A stretch of DNA of 62,928 nucleotides, filler included, from Stramenopiles sp. TOSAG23-3 (taxonomy: Eukaryota): NCBI GenBank assembly GCA_900128585.1. It is 11 parts of 11 records of this genome, joined end to end, with 100 filler letters (N's around TTAATTAATTAA, not from the genome) between each part and the next. Parts side by side here need not be neighbours in the genome. Positions count along the whole stretch, not along the records: positions 59,180 to 60,362 come from LT646304.1; positions 60,463 to 61,645 come from LT646305.1; positions 61,746 to 62,928 come from LT646306.1; 8 more parts are not named here. One strand, given 5' to 3'. The notes below the pieces were generated by a model, which was given only the letters and a program-made list of their open reading frames with translations, had not been told where the DNA came from and searched no databases. The translations under genes and the position numbers were made by a program. Below, in pieces: positions 59,323-62,928 of the stretch; within the stretch, counting starts at the first letter, position 1, and each line of letters opens with the position of its first letter.

Positions 59323-60362
59323 TCCACAAACTTCACGATATTACGGTCACGTATTTCGCAGAGATATTTTACACCGACGGGGACGTTCACGCGTACTACT
59401 AGACCAATTGAAAAAGTTTTCAAATAGTTGCAACTATTCTACGTCAAAATTGGTACGTTTGACCTAAATTAGGATACATTTCTGATCATAATACATAAGA
59501 CGACACAACTTCTTCTTCTTCGATATTATTTATTATTATTATCATCATCATCATGGTGTATGATGATATTATTATACAGGAAGTAGAAGAAAAAATAATA
59601 TTAATTTTTGTTTCGAGAAGAAGAAGGAAAAAGAAGAAAGAAGAAGAAGAGATTTTTTTTTTAATCTTGTTGTCAAAAATAATAATTAGTATAAATTCGA
59701 ATATTATAACAATCCGATCGAGGATTCCAATGAAATTGCCTATCACTGACTGTACTTATAGCAACTCAAACCAGTCAATATCGCGGGTGTGCGACTAGAA
59801 AACTGCAACACAAACCTTGTGGTTTTACGGTTTAAAACGTAAATAGATTTTTTTAATTTACATTAGTACATGTATCCATAGTCTACTACGATACGATATT
59901 TTTTCAAGTTTCAAATGCAGAGACGATGATGAAGATCAAATGTGTACAGCAATGTGCAGCGAAGTACTAATTCTTCTACTCGATGTAACAATTGCCTATC
60001 TGATATTTCATCTTTCAAGATAATCAGACTTTTAAAAGACAGAACTGCATAGAATATAGAGGTACGGTCATAATTAGAAACGGAACTCTTGGCCACTGGT
60101 ATAGATTTCAGTGGTCTTTGTATACGTCTGGTTGGAGAACTACAGAATTGAATCCAATTGATAGGGGATTTCTTACCCCATTTAACCCCAAAAAATCAAA
60201 AATAATTTGTATCAAATCTTTATACTAAGAGTCAAAGTCATAACTGCCAAAAAAAGAAATCGTCTTCAAAAAGTAGTTAGTATACGAAATTTATAGTTTT
60301 TCTTTCACTCTGGACGAAGATGGAACGCTGCAAGGGCAAGGCTATGATTTCGGGACCGCTTA
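59180..60362. repeat. Contig bounded by perfect 79-bp inverted repeats (59180-59258 / 60284-60362)
   Basis: TAAGCGGTCCCGAAATC...AATTTCGT is the exact reverse complement of ACGAAATT...GATTTCGGGACCGCTTA. Confidence 0.95.
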
Positions 60363-60464
60363 NNNNNNNNNNNNNNNNNNNNNNNNNNNNNNNNNNNNNN
60401 NNNNNNTTAATTAATTAANNNNNNNNNNNNNNNNNNNNNNNNNNNNNNNNNNNNNNNNNNNNAA

Positions 60465-61208
60465 GCATTCTTGAGGGGGCGCCCTGGACTGAATCACATT
60501 GGGTTGGATGAGTTTTTGCGTTTGTACGATGAGCACGAGCACGCGATGGTGTTCCGTGTTGCGTCGGCGTCCGACCAAGAAAACCTAAGCGACGACAACT
60601 CGAGGGCAGGGTACCCAGGAAGCACCGCGCAGCCGAAGAAGTACAGCACTGTTAAATGGGCATCTCGGAAGTCTGACACGAGTGGCGCCAGAGACCGTTT
60701 GTCATCGACGGCCCCTGACGTATCTAGCAAGCTCAAATCTGTATTTGATGGCTATGACGTGAACAGGGACGGCGTGATCTCGTTCATCGATTTGCGGACT
60801 GCATTTGACGAACGACAACAAAATGTCCCAGACAGCGAGATCCGGCGGTGGATATCGGAAAAGGATACCACTGGCGATGGAACAGTAAACATGGAAGAGT
60901 TTGTCAGGAGCTATGCCCATTTGGTTCCAGAGGAACAGAAAAAAATGACAAAGACGGCGAACAAAGATAGTGAAATGGACGAAACAAAATCGTCTGAAGA
61001 AGAGGGCACCGAAAAGGAACCACAACGACCAAAAAAGTCTGGACGGCGGAAGAAAAAATACAGCAGTGAGGATAGCGTGTCCAGTGAAGACGAGCGGAGG
61101 AGTCGCAGAGATCGCAGAAAGAAACGCGAACGCAGAAAGCGCAAAAAAGAAAGCAGGGACAGGCGAAAAGACTACCGGACAAATTCCTCCGAGGATTACT
61201 CGGATTGA
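60465..61208 (+). CDS. EF-hand protein, C-terminal part, with a K/R/S/D-rich tail; 5' partial
   Basis: DVNRDGVISFID and DTTGDGTVNMEE loops. Confidence 0.85.
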   Translation, partial: AFLRGRPGLNHIGLDEFLRLYDEHEHAMVFRVASASDQENLSDDNSRAGYPGSTAQPKKYSTVKWASRKSDTSGARDRLSSTAPDVSSKLKSVFDGYDVNRDGVISFIDLRTAFDERQQNVPDSEIRRWISEKDTTGDGTVNMEEFVRSYAHLVPEEQKKMTKTANKDSEMDETKSSEEEGTEKEPQRPKKSGRRKKKYSSEDSVSSEDERRSRRDRRKKRERRKRKKESRDRRKDYRTNSSEDYSD

Positions 61209-61585
61209 AAAAGCAGAGGAAAGGGAAGAAGGTGAAAAATAAGAAAAACACAGAGAAAATTACTTTTTTCTGAGTAAAAGTGTACATACATATACATCAA
61301 ATAAATTAAAATAAAAAATTGTATTTTAACAAAACATGATTCTATAAATAAATACGAAATAATTAAAATATGCAGGTAAATAGTATATAGTACCAAAGAC
61401 ATCCTTAAAATAAGAAATGCCTGGATGTTGACAATTATTCGAACAATATATAAAGAATACAAAACATGTACTTATTTAATATATTATTATATAGGTAAAT
61501 ACTTTTTCTTTTTTCCTCCTTCATTCTTCTCCTCATCATCTCATCATATTATCTCTCAGCAGATTCATTTTAATTACTATAAAAA

Positions 61586-61635
61586 ATAACAGCCAATTTT
61601 TCTTGTTTTAAAAATTGCCAATTTTTCTTGTTTAA
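61586..61635 (-). promoter_or_regulatory. Two tandem copies of the recurrent 3'-flank motif
   Basis: ATAACAGCCAATTTTTCTTGTTTTAAAAATT-GCCAATTTTTCTTGTTTAAAAATT. Confidence 0.45.
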
Positions 61636-61747
61636 AAATTTTAATNNNNNNNNNNNNNNNNNNNNNNNNNNNNNNNNNNNNNNNNNNNNTTAATTAATTA
61701 ANNNNNNNNNNNNNNNNNNNNNNNNNNNNNNNNNNNNNNNNNNNNTG

Positions 61748-62926
61748 CTAAATAAATTAGCAGATAGACGTGCAGTACTTGCGAAGACAGATGCTGATAT
61801 AAGTAAAAGGCGTGGTAAAGTGCGTGATGATTGGAAAAAGTATTTAGAAGATCGTGAGGTAGCATTGGAAAAACTAAAAGAGCAACGGAAGAAAGATTTC
61901 GTAGAAGCTTCAAAAGCTGGATCCACAAGAGCAGATATGTTTTGTACGCAAATTGATGGTCGTTATGTAGTCGTCACAATTAATGTTAGTACATCCGCAT
62001 CTGCTCCAAGGCCAAGTTCGACTTGTGTACATATAATAGCATATGAACCGTTAACCAGAGAAAGGGCGGAAGTTAAATTGTCAGGTTGGGAAATTTTTAG
62101 ATTGCTTCCTCAACCACCACGTTGTAAGTCAAAGGAAGAGAAATTCCAATTCGATGAATTTGAAGAAATGGAATTGTATTTTACCGATATTTTCAATGAA
62201 GAAATACGCTTGAGGCCATCTCGTTGGGATGGTCCTGTTCCGACACATTTTCAAAGTTTAGGGAAAAGTGAAGTAAACCCAACCACAACACCTATGATGG
62301 AACGTATGCGATGGGTGAAAGTGATAAATAAATGGTGGACAAACTGGGCAGAACGAAGGAAACATTTATGGCTTCTTCTAATACCAAAATTACATTGGGA
62401 ACATGGCGTGCCTGTAAAACATGAAGTAAAAGAACATGAAACTATTGTATCTGCGTTACGATATGCTATCCCAGAATCAATAGCCGTTCCTAGACATAAA
62501 GCTGATGTCGAAGAGTATGAGACCAAAATGAAAGATTTTAAAGAAGAACATGATACGGCCACTGCCATTGTAACAAAGGATGATGAAACAAAAACGGAGC
62601 AGCTGCGTGTAGCAGTTGAACGTGCGCTGAAAAAAGATAAAGGTAAAATGATTTTGAAATTAATATCAATGGTTCCAAGCCCAGAAATAGATGAAGATGC
62701 TGAACCAGGGCCAGGGGCACCGACTGGACAAGATGGGCAATTAATAGTAGCATTGCCTGGTGCAGAAGGGACCCGACTTGGAGAAGTACAATCTTCCGTG
62801 CGAGGTCGTGATGAAGCGGAGGAATGGGCAGCAGCAGAGGAAGCTGCTAGGGAAGAGGAGCGATTGGCGCTTGCAGAGGCAACACTTTCATATATTGTTT
62901 GCGGTGCACATGATGGGTTTGGAAAA
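61748..62926 (+). CDS. Internal fragment (~393 codons) of an unknown protein, open at both ends; absent from the ORF track
   Basis: Manual translation LNKLADRRAVLAKTDADISKRRGKVRDDWKKYLEDREVALEKLKEQ...YIVCGAHDGFGK has no stop. Confidence 0.85.
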
Positions 62927-62928
62927 GT

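Noticed and set aside
60010-60228. ATG-less ~70-codon frame QDNQTFKRQNCIEYRGTVIIRNGTLGHWYRFQW...
   Set aside because: Bounded by stops, with no start codon and no recognisable family; may be a decayed gene but cannot be supported

Overview
Eukaryotic (protist, probably an intron-poor marine stramenopile; this is inference) genomic DNA. The window is not one locus. It is 11 unrelated contigs sorted by decreasing length (8184, 8183, 8173, 8173, 8164, 8161, 8157, 1184, 1183, 1183, 1183 bp) joined by an artificial 100-bp spacer N44-TTAATTAATTAA-N44, plus one internal 149-N gap. Genes are GC-rich and apparently intronless, separated by very AT-rich, microsatellite-rich spacers. About 30 complete or partial CDSs are supported, including a C2H2 zinc-finger protein, an IQ coiled-coil protein, an atypical Arl GTPase, a signal-peptide SET/LSMT protein, HEATR5, a RING-SNF2 helicase, a TM-LRR-LNR receptor-like protein, an RCC1-repeat protein, Sua5, an HMG-box fusion, a single-domain Fluc/CrcB channel, an alpha/beta hydrolase, a WW protein, a HAL-family lyase, a Qb-SNARE, a UBA-EF-GAF protein, HPPD, an OSCA-like channel, IMPase and a Rho-like pseudoGTPase. 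The most interesting observations are: (1) a HAL-family lyase lacking the MIO-forming ASG triad (ergothionase-like register) with a peroxisomal PTS1-type end; (2) an HMG-box + YxxTH/QxxDGSW alpha-alpha enzyme-like domain + TFIIS-N-like fusion; (3) an orientation-specific ~20-nt motif (sense AACAAGAAAATTGGCTGTTATT) recurring downstream of stop codons on four independent contigs; (4) a bacterial-type single-domain Fluc channel among eukaryotic genes; (5) a secretory-pathway SET protein with a degenerate catalytic site. Two genes, and possibly a third, are split by single-base frameshifts at homopolymer runs. No rRNA, tRNA or CRISPR array was recognised.
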